DNA of 63,149 nt, the filler included, from Globobulimina sp. (lineage: Eukaryota), in the NCBI GenBank assembly GCA_003354225.1. It is 22 parts of 22 records of this genome, joined end to end, with 100 filler letters (N's around TTAATTAATTAA, not from the genome) between each part and the next. Parts side by side here need not be neighbours in the genome. Positions count along the whole stretch, not along the records: positions 23,012 to 25,786 come from PIVH01004937.1; positions 25,887 to 28,661 come from PIVH01004938.1; positions 28,762 to 31,536 come from PIVH01004939.1; positions 31,637 to 34,411 come from PIVH01004940.1; positions 34,512 to 37,286 come from PIVH01004941.1; positions 37,387 to 40,161 come from PIVH01004942.1; 16 more parts are not named here. One strand, 5' to 3'. Under the pieces are notes generated by a model that worked only from the letters and a program-made list of their open reading frames with translations, searched no databases and had not been told where the DNA came from. Shown piece after piece: positions 25,622 through 38,298 of the stretch (position 1 is its first letter; each line of letters starts with the position of its first letter). A program made the translations under genes and the position numbers.

Positions 25622-25886
25622 TGATGGCAAGTCACTATACTTCAAAAAGAAAAATATTTGCCTCAAACAGAAATGTCTGGAAACTCCAAATATTTTCGTG
25701 ACGCACTTCATTTGCTTGGTGGTAGTCTGATGAATTGCAAATGAATTAAATTAAAAAAATAAATATCCTCAAGACAAAAATTAATTNNNNNNNNNNNNNN
25801 NNNNNNNNNNNNNNNNNNNNNNNNNNNNNNTTAATTAATTAANNNNNNNNNNNNNNNNNNNNNNNNNNNNNNNNNNNNNNNNNNNN

Positions 25887-26791
25887 ATAAGAAAAGTCCT
25901 GATAAAAAGATTATCGTCAATTTGTCCATTAACTCGGATTGGGTATCTGCCGACATAATTGACGAGGGCATGGGGGATTGGCAGAAGGCCAAGAAGATAA
26001 ACACAGGAACTATGGAACTGCCTGAAGCCACTGCCGAAAATGGTCGTGGGATAGCCCTGATGAGACATTATGCAGCCAATATCTCGTTTACTGAAGCGAG
26101 TACCGGCGGGCTTAAAGTCACTGTCAGATTGAAAAGGGAGCAAAAAATGAATGCAGAGATTATTAAGTTGCACGGCGAGATAAATTTTAATAAAATAAGG
26201 GATGAATTGCGAGAGATTGAAAGTGGGAATGAAAGAAAGTTGAAAACATTGTTCGAGGAAAGTGAGGTTCAAATAAATTATATTCGAGTGGCAGTGTTAA
26301 AATTATTGGTGGAATATATTCAAAGTATAAAGAGCTGCAATGACATGTTTGTAAAATATAATAAATGCAATGAAGAAGAAAAGGTCGAGGATGGAATGTA
26401 TAATTACATGACATCGGGAGTGAGCGCAGTGGCTACTTTGGTCAATCCATTCTCGTGGAATATGAATCAATTACAAAATGATATGGATGCAATAAATATC
26501 AATCAAGTTAAAGAGATTAAGAAACAGAGAATTGATATCGTATCAGTTGAAGAGGAAGAGAGTGAGAATGGCAATGATAAGGAAGAGAGGGATATAAACG
26601 ATATTGAAGATAGTGATGAATTGGATGAGATTTCTACTCATTATTTGGCAAAAAGTGAATTTTTGAGTGTGTCTGAAAGTGTCAATAATAGCAATGATTA
26701 TGTTAACGAGGATGAGGATGTGATTGAAATCATTAATCAAACAAATCCAAATCCAATTATCCGAATTGTTGATGATAATGTGACAATTTGA
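25887..26791 (+). CDS. Open frame: bacterial RsbW-like HATPase fragment followed by acidic host-like sequence
   Basis: PDKKIIVNL..ADIIDEGMG..AENGRGIALMRHYA..ISF..GGLKVTV matches GHKL G1/G2 boxes of anti-sigma kinases. The remainder is AT-rich and low complexity. Confidence 0.6.
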
Positions 26792-26914
26792 TGCATGCTT
26801 ATTTGTTTTAACACCAAAAATGTTTCAAAATAATAGAGAGAGAGTTAATTAATTAAGCTTGTTTTATGAGGAAAAAGAAGTTGTGTCATTTACAATGTGA
26901 AAGTGCCAATTTGG

Positions 26915-28514
26915 TCAATATTGTTCTTCAAATATATGAGCAACATTCACTAGCAAGAAAAATATAACAGCTCCACAAAAACTGCCAATTTGCACACCAT
27001 AGCCAGTAATTTCCATCAATTTACTCAATCCTTTTTCCGACGATTCTTTATTCAAACCATTTGTTTTCTAAATTAATATAATGTCATATGTTTTTTTTCA
27101 TATGTCATATGAACCCAACTATGAAGAAGTATACATCAACAACACACCGTAGTATATGATTTCTTAATAATCAAATAAATACAAGTTTTGCATATAGTCA
27201 ATAATGAACCATATAATACATAAACCATAACCATAATAACAGACCAAAATCGTTTTGTTACTGCACTCTCTCCCCGACCAAGACCAAATTGATTGGGTGA
27301 TCGCAGTGCCATTATTAATATATATATGGCACCACATACTGCTCCAATACAAGAAATAATTATAAACCTTCCATTTAAAATAAACCTGGACAATATTGCA
27401 GGTAATAGAGAAAATAATGGAGTAAGGCAATTATTCAATGTATATGATAAAATATACACAGTATTGCCATATGGTAACAATGCGAATGATGCGATGGAAG
27501 GAATCATTCCATTTTGGATACCTGACAGCATTCCAATAATAACAATCCAATGCCAATAACCTGAAGCAACATTATTTAATGATGATTCCAACATAATTCC
27601 TTTATAATTACCTACATCTTTATCTTTATCCTGATCTTGATTTGAATCGGAACCATAATTTTCTATTAACTCAACTATTCTAATCGCTGCTTTATTTTTG
27701 TTGCTGCTGATCTCTATCCTATCAATTGCATTTTTGAAATAACCTTTCTTCAAAAATCCCAACAATATAAAAAATGAAATAGCTGAAATTGGTATAAATA
27801 ATGATATAAAAAACAAATAGAGCCCTACAGAATATCTTGGATCATCGTCAGGGCGCTTTAACTGTTGTATCCATATTAATATCGCTGAGATGATCCCTGA
27901 TGATGACTCGCCTGCACTCAATGCTGTCATATATTGAGTGGGAAACCATGACACAAACACCCAAAATATAATACTTGTCATACAGTCACAGAAACTCGTT
28001 CCAAATGTTGTTACAAATAAGATGACAGAGCGTTGGGTGCCAAATATCATTGTTTGTGTGTCCCAGAATAAAGACATAATAATCATGGACAGGAAGCTTG
28101 CGCTAAAAATAAAATATCCAGACATTATTACAAATTGCTGCGTTTTATATGTTCTTGGAATGAGTGCGTAAATTAATGGCCCAATATTTGCCTTTTACAG
28201 CAAACAGTATTTGTATTTTAATACAGTATGCGAATTGCATATGAATTATGAATATTAAACATACCAATTGGACTGTAACAAATAACAATTGATTTTAAAG
28301 AAATGTGCGATAACAAAAAACGTATTATTGTATATTGTTAACTTATTAAGGTAATATAAGACCATATTTCATATCCTTCACTCAAATCGTTCACCATCAA
28401 TGATAATTCATTGAATAATCCTGTTATGTCGATCCAACTCGAAATACCAAGCAACCAAAATAACAGCCATATAGTCCATTCTTTGGGTTTTGTTATATCC
28501 CCATCGGTCTGCAT
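26915..28514 (-). CDS. SLC52A: Riboflavin transporter family (SLC52/GPR172-like), multi-exon
   Basis: Exon 1 LLGISSWIDITGLFNELSLMVNDLSEGYEIWSY; DCMTSIIF..GESSSGIISA; QNGMIPSIASFALLPYG; last exon GVQIGSFCGA..LVNV..IF. Confidence 0.85.
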
Positions 28515-28761
28515 GCTTAATGGTTTAATAACTCGAAAAAACTTTTCTAGAAACTTCCCAGACTAAATTTGTTACTACTTTCAATCAAACGAGAGAGGGA
28601 AACACAACAAGTGCCGAGACCGAAATCTCTAGAAACGTTCAAACGTTGCTAATAATTTAGGNNNNNNNNNNNNNNNNNNNNNNNNNNNNNNNNNNNNNNN
28701 NNNNNTTAATTAATTAANNNNNNNNNNNNNNNNNNNNNNNNNNNNNNNNNNNNNNNNNNNN

Positions 28762-31536
28762 GTAAAATAACTATTAATTTTTTGGGAGAAAAAAGTGAAT
28801 CAAATATTCAACACAAAAAAACTGGTGATTTGAATCTACCGCCATCCAAAGGTTTAGTTGTGCAAAATGGCGGTGTCTTAGAGATGCATGGCAAAGAATA
28901 TGGTATTTGTTGAACATAATATCTGTTTTTCATAACTTATAATGTTGCCCACAATGCTCATTTATAATATATACAGTTCCAACATGGACGCGATTGGCCC
29001 GGACTGTAAATGGCGAGGATGACATCATCTATTTGCAAGATTGTGTAAATTGGGAAGTGGGGATGAGGTATATTTATGTTTATTATTCGCCACTTCTTTA
29101 TTACTAACAATGATAATGTTAATTTCCAGGATATTATTGACCACAACAGTTTGGTTTGATTGCCATGATGATTATAAAGATACATATTGTTTATCAGATT
29201 ATTCGTGGATATCTACAACATATGGCATGCCGCATCAAAATGAAATATTCGAAATATTAGCAATTGAGTCATGCAATGTATTGCAGATTAATGGCACTGT
29301 AAATTACACACATTTTGCTTCTGCAGAATACCAGGGAGAGGTTGCTTTGTTAGACCGAAGAATTAAAGTTAACGGAGTAAAAACGCAACAATCAGAAACA
29401 GACGGTTTTGGTGCTCATATGCAAGTTATTGGATCATCAATAGGCCGTATCCGAGGCGTACAATGTACAAATTGTGGCCAATTGAATGTTTTGGGGCGTT
29501 ATCCATTCCATTTTCATATATTGGGCGGAGGCAGCAATGCCAGACAGTCCTATATGACGGATAATGTTGTTTTAAATAGCAATTATCGATGTTATGTGGT
29601 GCATGGAACAAACAATACGTTGTTAACTAGAAACGTCGCCCACAATGTGAATGGAATGTGTGTCTATTTGGAAGATGGAGTGGAAGAAAATAACACTTTA
29701 AGCTATAATTTAGTATCATTTATTCACCCAATATCGGAACCAGCCGATTGTTGTGGTCAAGGCGGAGAAGATTTTGCGACCTCAACGGAGTTAACATTTC
29801 CCGCAGATGCCACTGCCGGAGGTTACTATTTGCCCAATGCTTACAACACATTGATTGGCAATGTCGCATCGGGCGGTTGGTCTGGCTTTATATTCCCAAA
29901 TGTTCCCCTTCCGTTGGGCGAATTTCATGGAGTGGACAACGGTTGGAACAACCCGATACATCGCCCAGTACAAACGTTTTACGGCAACACAGCACATTCA
30001 TCCGGTTTCTATTGGAAAGGACAGGGTTCGTGCATGTATGTCGGTGCCTGGCTAACGACAACCGACGCAAGCGTGGATCCGCCCATTTTGCAGTATGATT
30101 CCGGCAGAAACAGCCGGGATACAAAATATCCAAATGGTACGCGGAAATGGATGTTGTTTGAACACACAAAAGCGTTTTTATGTATGTTTGGCGTCAGTCA
30201 TTGGGGCAATGAGCTGATTGTGGAACATTACGAAGTGTCTGATTCCTTGATCAGTGCGCAGTTTTTCGGGGAAGGCGTGATGTACAATGCAATTATAACC
30301 GGGAGAACGGACAACGAAGCGGGTTGGATCCAGCAACAACATCATTATGCAGACCGCATTGGGTTCCGTTTCTACGACACCTGGGTCAAAACTATTATTT
30401 CTCACATCCAGTTTCGAAACTATATGGATTACACAATGGACTATATTATAAAGTATCTGGATCACAGCGACCAGTTTCTACCGCAGGGCATCAATGCAGT
30501 CAAAGATATAAGTTTCGACAATGTTAATTTGTCGCTGGTGATTGGAATTGATAATTGCGGCCAGTATTTTTGTAAAAATGACAAACACGAAACTGTGGCA
30601 TCACAAATCTATAATATCTTGGATTGGGACGGTTCCTTAAGTTTAGCTGGCAAAGCAACGTTGATTGGTTCGTACAGAAATTGGTGGAATGTGGGCGATG
30701 ACTGTTCGTATAACCAAGATTGGCACATTTGGTATTGTGATTGGACCGGAAATCGACAGATTGCATATTTAGATTTAGTGCAACCGGGCATAAACGACCA
30801 TGGATGCGATCCAATATTGACAAACCTGTACAAGCCAGCATGGTGCACAAATGATTCAGTCGCGCATCGGTTTGGTACTTGTAATTGCAGCGAAACCTCG
30901 CAGTTTACAGCTTATTGGACAGCGTATGTTTCTCAATGGGGTGTTGCCTCGGATCCAGATACAATGCATCATGATATTGACACAAAATCGATAGAAATGC
31001 ATGGCTGGCCGGGAATATCTGGCATTGCAAATACTGGATGGTATTGGAGACCGTATTGGGGAGCACCTGACCGATTTGAGATTGGTTCTGTTGGTGGTAT
31101 ACAGTTAGCGAGAGGTTATTTTGTCATTCTCGCAGTTAAATATCCAGCAAATACTGTTTTTAATGTTTCTATTTATTCAAACTGGGCCAGTCAGACTGTA
31201 TTGTATTTGGATGAGTCGCCACTCGATGATGTATTGAAGGACAAAGAAGAATTAGTCGATGCGGCGGATTATAATTGTTCTGTGTATACAGAGTGGCACT
31301 CATTATGCGCAGATACAGTGAATGGAGGATTTGTAGATAGCACCGGCGGTGTTGCGCCGTCATGGCATTTCGATGGAACCTATTTGTTGATTCGAGTGGT
31401 AACTCCACATTGTTACTCTTATCACACTGAGTACGCTGCATATTGTCAATATGACGGATGGTTCGAATACGATGGAGCTAAGATTTGGGACATTTATGGC
31501 AGTTTTAGTTATGTTATAAACGCAGAATGCGATGGA
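28762..31536 (+). CDS. G8-domain/CEMIP-TMEM2-like beta-helix protein, internal fragment, spliced
   Basis: GGVLEMHGK..PTWTRLA, EVALLDRRI, GQLNVLGRYPFHFH, RCYVVHGT, YLEDGVEENN, N..SGGWSG, FYGNTAHSSG and FYDTW. Confidence 0.88.
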
Positions 31537-31636
31537 NNNNNNNNNNNNNNNNNNNNNNNNNNNNNNNNNNNNNNNNNNNNTTAATTAATTAANNNNNNNN
31601 NNNNNNNNNNNNNNNNNNNNNNNNNNNNNNNNNNNN

Positions 31637-31755
31637 CAACTCAAAATTTGACTGCAAAATTGACAAAAATAGAAATGTCAAGCTAAATATGCAAATAGCA
31701 GCTGTGAGTTATTTTAAAACTGTCTCAATCTAAAGCCAAAATATCTGAAAAAACC
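31637..31755 (+). repeat. 119-bp terminal direct repeat, left copy
   Basis: Identical to 34293-34411; the two copies are the two ends of this contig. Confidence 0.95.
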
Positions 31756-32907
31756 AAATATGAAGTTAAATATATGATTAATTCTTTGCTCAGTGTAGAG
31801 ACAACTTTTGATTCTGGTAATACGACCTAAAAATCCCAATCTCAAAGGAAATAGCCACTCTTCTTCAGCATATATTGACATAAAGTATGTTTGACACACA
31901 TTAGTATTAAATGGTATTAATTGATACACTTGTGAATAAAAACTTGAACATCCACCATCGAATGGTATGTGTTGCCATGTTTTGAAAAAACTGTCAAACA
32001 TAAATGGTGTACCTGAAACACCGATAATTTTGTTTTCATTATTCATTAATGGCTGCACTAATAAATACATCCAATGTTGATAGTATATTCTATCCGCGTC
32101 AGCAGCAACAATAATATCTGAATTATATAACTCAATTTCTTTTTGGATACAATAATGTCTTGCTTTGAGTTTTCCTTTTTGTAAACATGAATAAATATTG
32201 TTGACCATAGATGATATTTTTTGGATTGAACCATCTGTTGACATAGAATCTGCAATCACAACTCGGATTTTGAAATTAAATTTATTTTTATTATCTTTGG
32301 CACAGGTTTGGTTCTGAAAATATTTTATAGATTTATTAACACTGTTGACACAATTTAATAAATTATTACCTTCATTCCAAGTACAGATTATAATGCTAAT
32401 GCGAATTAATTCATGTTTGATACGCTTTTCGTTAAATCCTTTGATGATTGATTGTGTTGATGCGACTTTGTCAACATATTTTGCTTTCATTGCAAATTTG
32501 AATAAGTGAAACAATGGCATCAACCATAAATTATACCAACAAAAGCCATTAATATTGCAAAAAAAATAAGCAAATGCTTTAGTTGATTTTCCTTTAATAA
32601 TTGCAGCAATGAAAAAAACAAAATAATTGATAAAAGATATAGTTTTGCTTCTTGTGTAATAATTTATTAAACCTATGATAAATATAGCAATACCCAAACG
32701 TAAAACACTTTTGATTGGCAATAAGTTTTGTTCCATTCGGCATAACCATACAACAATGAATAAGATATACAACAATGTTGTGATTGGATAAGACAGAAAC
32801 AATAATGCAACTATTGCACCACTAAAACATTCACCAATGACATGGCCTATAAAAATCACAATAAATACATAATAATACTCCAACTTACTGATAAATGATG
32901 CTGACAT
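31714..32907 (-). CDS. Glycosyltransferase family 2 with N-terminal TM helices, intronless
   Basis: ISIIICTWNE, VVIADSMSTDGS, GKLKAR and IIVAADAD (DxD); about 5 N-terminal hydrophobic segments. Confidence 0.88.
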   Translation of the reverse strand: MSASFISKLEYYYVFIVIFIGHVIGECFSGAIVALLFLSYPITTLLYILFIVVWLCRMEQNLLPIKSVLRLGIAIFIIGLINYYTRSKTISFINYFVFFIAAIIKGKSTKAFAYFFCNINGFCWYNLWLMPLFHLFKFAMKAKYVDKVASTQSIIKGFNEKRIKHELIRISIIICTWNEGNNLLNCVNSVNKSIKYFQNQTCAKDNKNKFNFKIRVVIADSMSTDGSIQKISSMVNNIYSCLQKGKLKARHYCIQKEIELYNSDIIVAADADRIYYQHWMYLLVQPLMNNENKIIGVSGTPFMFDSFFKTWQHIPFDGGCSSFYSQVYQLIPFNTNVCQTYFMSIYAEEEWLFPLRLGFLGRITRIKSCLYTEQRINHIFNFIFGFFRYFGFRLRQF

Positions 32908-33569
32908 TTTCTTCTAGAATTTGTTGAGTAACACAGAAAACCTGAAGTTAATTAGTAGAATTAGAATTAGAATACCGTAAATTTCATAATTATCGGTCAG
33001 CTGCTGATTGCTTCTCTTGAATAGTAACATTGCTATTCATAGATTTCGTGCAGTTACAAAAACTCAAGTGGCTAGTCTGATAACTGTTTTGTTACTAGCC
33101 TTGAAGTTTTTCAACAAGAATGTCAATATTTGATGAATCGACACAAAAATATTAAAAAACATAAAAAGGATAAATATGAGCATAGGAATAAAATGTGCAC
33201 CGGCACTATGATATTTGAAAATATTAAATGAGTGCATAATTAAAAATAATGCACCAATAAATATAAGGCGATGACATAATTAAAAAAGAACTCCCATAAA
33301 ATATTAAATGAGTGCATAATTAATAATAACGCCATCAAATAATATGCCATCGGTGCACAATTAAAAATAATGCCATCAAATAATATATTCTCAAACGAAC
33401 ACATAGCATCAATACCAAAATAAAACTTGAAATTGCTGAAACATTCATCAAAAATCTCTCTGTTTTTTCGCATAATATTGGAGGCAAAGCAACAGAAAAA
33501 ATGAAAGAAAACACATACTTAATGAATGTATCTTGAAAAATCCAGACGTGATTTGCTTCCAAGAAATGA

Positions 33570-34292
33570 TGGATGCATGCAACTTTGAACTTGCAAAATT
33601 AAAACATAAGATTGAAAACTATACCTACACAACTGTGAAGTAAGTAAAATGCACAGACTTCATTTTTACTTCGTTCCATGGACGCAGGAAATGATCATTC
33701 TTTCAACCAACACTACAAATCAGCAGTCTTACTATCCAGGAACTCAATCCCTGATTTGAGCGACCATTGGCAAAGCGCTTAAAATGATAGTATACAACCG
33801 ATATTTTTGATGACAATACAGAAACATACTCGTTTATGTACAGTGACATGCATGCAATGATTAAGTCAATATGCGTCAAGTGAGTGCAAAGTGCAAACCA
33901 AGTTTCTTTGGGTCAAAATATATGAATATTTGCGCGGAATATCCAAACAAGTATCGGTTGATACAATGCTATTGCCATCAGACATCGAAAAGTGCATGTA
34001 GTGTCAATGAATATTATTGTAATCTTCCTCGAAATATCAAAATCAACGCTTATTTTATTCAAACACATGAATTATTATGCTCAAACTACATGACAGAATC
34101 AGTAAATGTTTAAAAATCGTTCAAATGCCTGCAGAATCACTGCGGAAACATTGGATTTGTGACACTCCAACGCAGCTCAGCGGCAGCTGAAATCCGTTTC
34201 TTCGATTACTTCAGTGAAGCATTGCTTTAATGGTGAAACTGCACGCAATTTATCGCAAATAATCTTTTGATGATCATGAAAAGGTTTGAGCA
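33570..34292 (+). pseudogene. Possible decayed coding relic
   Basis: Fragments such as KIYEYLRGISKQ..LLPSDIEKC (GYIR-module-like) are broken by stops and frameshifts. Confidence 0.35.
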
Positions 34293-34411
34293 CAACTCAA
34301 AATTTGACTGCAAAATTGACAAAAATAGAAATGTCAAGCTAAATATGCAAATAGCAGCTGTGAGTTATTTTAAAACTGTCTCAATCTAAAGCCAAAATAT
34401 CTGAAAAAACC
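34293..34411 (+). repeat. 119-bp terminal direct repeat, right copy
   Basis: Identical to 31637-31755. Confidence 0.95.
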
Positions 34412-34733
34412 NNNNNNNNNNNNNNNNNNNNNNNNNNNNNNNNNNNNNNNNNNNNTTAATTAATTAANNNNNNNNNNNNNNNNNNNNNNNNNNNNNNNNN
34501 NNNNNNNNNNNTGCAAATAAATATAGATATAGACCTGGCACGGAAGCTTCAAATATGCAATTAACGCGTACGAATATAGCATATAAACCCATTGCTACTG
34601 ATATCGATGAACTTTAAATTGAAAGGAATGAACACCATTTTTGTAAAGTTTTTTGTTTGTTACTATAGAACCACATATTTTCTTATCATGCTGGTTTGTT
34701 AAAGGAACTTGTTTAGTATCTAGGACTCCCAAT

Positions 34734-36029
34734 TTATGAAGCAACGTTTTGACAAAATTCAATTGATGTTTGACGTTTTGATAACCATTCCGTCCAAAAC
34801 AAATCATTATTTATGTCATTTAGTTGACTAAAATCAATAAGTAACGGTATTGGTTCTGACACAGCTGAATCATGATCAGCTTTATAATATGTTTTGAATT
34901 GCATATGATCCATAACATACCACCATGGCAATGACACTATGCCATATTTCTCACTTATTTCCTTCATTTTATTCAAAACGATGTTATCTACATTCACAAC
35001 GACATCATCATTGCCGACTACATTTTTACACAATGATTGTTCCGTAAACAGTTGTATATAATTCACATTATCTTTACCGATATGATTTATGTTCATAACA
35101 AACAGTGATGGCAACAAACATTGTTCATATCCATCATTACCATTATTATCAAACGACCATATAACACCGAAATTGTATCCATACTTTTCAACGGATATTG
35201 ATTCAAATAAAACTGATAAATCCTGCAAAATAAATGTATTCCAATTTACATAAATTACTGAATCATAATCGAGAGAGTGTAATTTCCTGATAATATGTTC
35301 AAGCATTCCTGAACCAGTCAACTCATATTTTACTATTTTGAAATCTAGATATTATGCAAACATATTTTACACAAACAAAACAATAAAAATACAGTAAATT
35401 AAACTCATTCTTGCAGCCAACTTATCTAAATCTAAATTATTCACTGTCAACGTATAATGCACAAACACAATGATTTCAATATTGTTATCCTGCAATGATG
35501 TGGTGCTGGTACTGGATATTATGGATGATAACGACAAGAGCAATGCGCAAAAATTATGTTTCGATGTGACTTGCTCTAAGAAGTAAACCACTGCTTTTTT
35601 ATTTTTAGAATGGATATTTTGACCCTGAATTGAGTTAATTTGCGGAATTCTATTTGCAATGCTTTCATCCACATTAAATTGAGGGGATATTATTTTGTTT
35701 AATGTTAAATGTGAATGTGATTCATGTTTAGTTGTAAGTTTTGGAGGTAATGGAGAATGCGTAGAAGGTATATGCGTATATATAATAATGCTAAATACGA
35801 CAAAAAATACGGAAATAATAATTATACCAATAATTCGAGCGAATTTATTTGCAAACCATTTTTTATCATATTTGTCTTCATAATCTACATAGGAAAGAGG
35901 TGGTGATTCTGATTCTGGTGTTGAGGAATTGGTACTTCTGCGTTTTGGAGGTGTATGTATCCGAATATTGTGGTATCCTTTATGTGAATTCGAACGTGGT
36001 TTTGGCTTCATTCGTTTTTTAACAAACAT
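34734..36029 (-). CDS. Type II membrane GT8-like glycosyltransferase, spliced, DxD degenerate
   Basis: Cytoplasmic N-terminus, TM, stem; ALLLSLSSII..IIVFV; YDSVIYVNWNTFILQDLSVLF aligns with the GT8 pattern YDKVLYLDADxxVxxDLxxLF. Confidence 0.6.
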
Positions 36030-36137
36030 CCATATGATATTATTGTTTATTTTCTGCCACTTACTTTAACTAACTTCACTTTTGCATCATCCCTTCGGTT
36101 CGACGCAAAGTCGTTTCTCACCATAACTCAGTCAGTC

Positions 36138-36608
36138 ATGAGTCAACAAAACAGTGCACCTGATATCAACCAAATTGGCAAACAATTTGTTGAACATTAT
36201 TACCATTCGTTTGATAATAACAGACAACAATTGGCTAATTTATTCGTATGTTATCCTTGCACTTTAATAACACATAAACTATATTCTATAGGCAACTAAT
36301 TTCATTGCTTGCAGCGAGATTCATCAATGTTAAGTTTTGAGAACGAAGGATATCAGGGAAAGGACAAAATAATGCAGAAATTGTGCAATGGAGTAAAATT
36401 CAATAAAATTCAACATAACCCAAAAACATTGGATTGTCAGCCATCTGGCAATGGTGGCTTATTAGTTATGGTTACAGGACAATTAAAAATTGATCAGGAA
36501 AAAAATCCATTATTATTTTCCGAAATATTCCATTTAAAGCCTACGGATGAACAATTGAAAAATTTTTGGGTCCATAATTGCATTTTTCGTTTAAATACTG
36601 CTTATTAA
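36138..36608 (+). CDS. NTF2: Nuclear transport factor 2
   Basis: Exon 1 IGKQFVEHYYHSFDNNRQQLANLF; intron 36246-36314; SMLSFE..TLDCQPS..VMVTGQLKID..FSEIFHL..IFRLN. Confidence 0.95.
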
Positions 36609-36814
36609 ATTCGTTTGAAAACTAATATTCAAAACCCATTGTAATTTTTACTTAGTTTCACGGATCGACATTCGTATTCATTCGCAAATGGTTCATATAC
36701 ATAAATATCGTAATCAATACTTGCTGTGTGCTGCAATCAAGACAGAGACAGAAAAAAAAGATCAAGTTACAATAAATAATCGTTACAAAAAGCCCAACAA
36801 ACAAACGTCAACAT

Positions 36815-37273
36815 TTAATTTTTTTTATTATTTCTAGCTTTCGTATCATTTAATATATCAAATAGCCTTTGAATAATGGCAGGAACAAAAGGTCTTTGCT
36901 TCAATTTAACTTTCAACATCCATTCAATTAATGCAATATATTCATCAGAATATGGATGAATGGCTGGATACTCCACTTTGGACAACACCGCCAAGGCCGG
37001 GCTGCCAGTTTCATTTTCAAACGGAGAGCGACCGAATCCCATGGCATATAACAAACAGCCCAAAGCCCAGACATCCGTTCTTTCGTCAAATTTGAATCTT
37101 GACGGACAGTTAAAAAATTCCGGCGCAGTATAGCCGCCTGTCATGTTTTTCTGTGCCCACTCCTGAATTTCAACTGCGCTCTTTCGAGAATGTATATGCA
37201 ATTTGGCAGTGCTCACCGATCCAAAGTCCATCAAATAGGGCTCATCATCTTTACCCAACAGGATGTTATCCAA
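36815..37273 (-). CDS. NAK-family Ser/Thr kinase (STK16/Env7-like), C-terminal exon
   Basis: NILL..PYLMDFGSVS..QEWAQKNMTGGYTAPE..DERTDVWALGCLLYAM.F..SPFE. Confidence 0.88.
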   Translation of the reverse strand: MDNILLGKDDEPYLMDFGSVSTAKLHIHSRKSAVEIQEWAQKNMTGGYTAPEFFNCPSRFKFDERTDVWALGCLLYAMGFGRSPFENETGSPALAVLSKVEYPAIHPYSDEYIALIEWMLKVKLKQRPFVPAIIQRLFDILNDTKARNNKKN

Positions 37274-37386
37274 CTGTATGTAGACANNNNNNNNNNNNNN
37301 NNNNNNNNNNNNNNNNNNNNNNNNNNNNNNTTAATTAATTAANNNNNNNNNNNNNNNNNNNNNNNNNNNNNNNNNNNNNNNNNNNN

Positions 37387-38221
37387 CGTACGCAAAGTGA
37401 ACGAATTTGTGAAAAGAACACGGAGAGCAAAAGTACACGCACTGATATGTGAGACATTGCGCTCAAGATTTGGCATATTTGGCAAAGAAAAGAAGCAAAA
37501 GGAACTATTAAATACAATGTCTGCAGTTTTTAAGCATGTGTCCACCAAACACAATGTGCCAATGGGTGATTTTCCAAATCCGCATAAATTTGCATCCATT
37601 ATGAAAAACTTTGAGATGTGGAAGATACCATCGCTAAAACCACAGGAAATCCAGGCTCTGGACGAGGTTTTGGGGCGCGGCGTTCCCAAATTATTGGAAC
37701 AGGTCGAAACAAAGGCAAACAAACATAATATGTACGACGATAATGAGAATAATCCCTTTGCGGAGACCGGTGACGAGAACAACCCCTTTGACAGTATGCA
37801 ATTAGGCAAATCGGAGTGGGTCATTTCTCAAAGCAAAAAGCAAGAATTTGATGAGAAGTTTTATCAGTTATCGCTAACCGATGGAAAAGCCTCTGGCGGA
37901 CAAATCAAACAAATTATGATTCAGTCCCGTTTATCCAACCAAGTATTAGGCAAAATATGGCAATTATCGGATATTGATAAAGATGGCGCTATGTCTGACC
38001 AAGAATTTGCTTTATGTCACTTTTTAATGGAAGAGGTCAAATCTGGTAAATCTTTGCCCGATATGCTTCCCGACAATTATATACCGCCCAGGTTTAGGCA
38101 ACAAATTTTAAATCAAAGAAAACAGCAACAACAGCAGCAACAATTAAATAATAATAATGATAATGATAGTGGTTTACCTCCACCACAGACTAGTGATTAC
38201 AACAGTTCTTCTGCTTGGTAG
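37387..38221 (+). CDS. EHD: EH-domain-containing protein (EHD/RME-1), C-terminal part
   Basis: RKVNEFVKRTRRAKVHA, GDFP, two NPF motifs, and the EH domain LGKIWQLSDIDKDG..EFALC..LP..LP..IPP. Confidence 0.93.
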
Positions 38222-38298
38222 TGAGTGAGTGTAGTAAGTAAGTAAGACATTGTAATTATTTATTAACTTTTTTTCAACTGAACTCTCTAATCCGTTCA

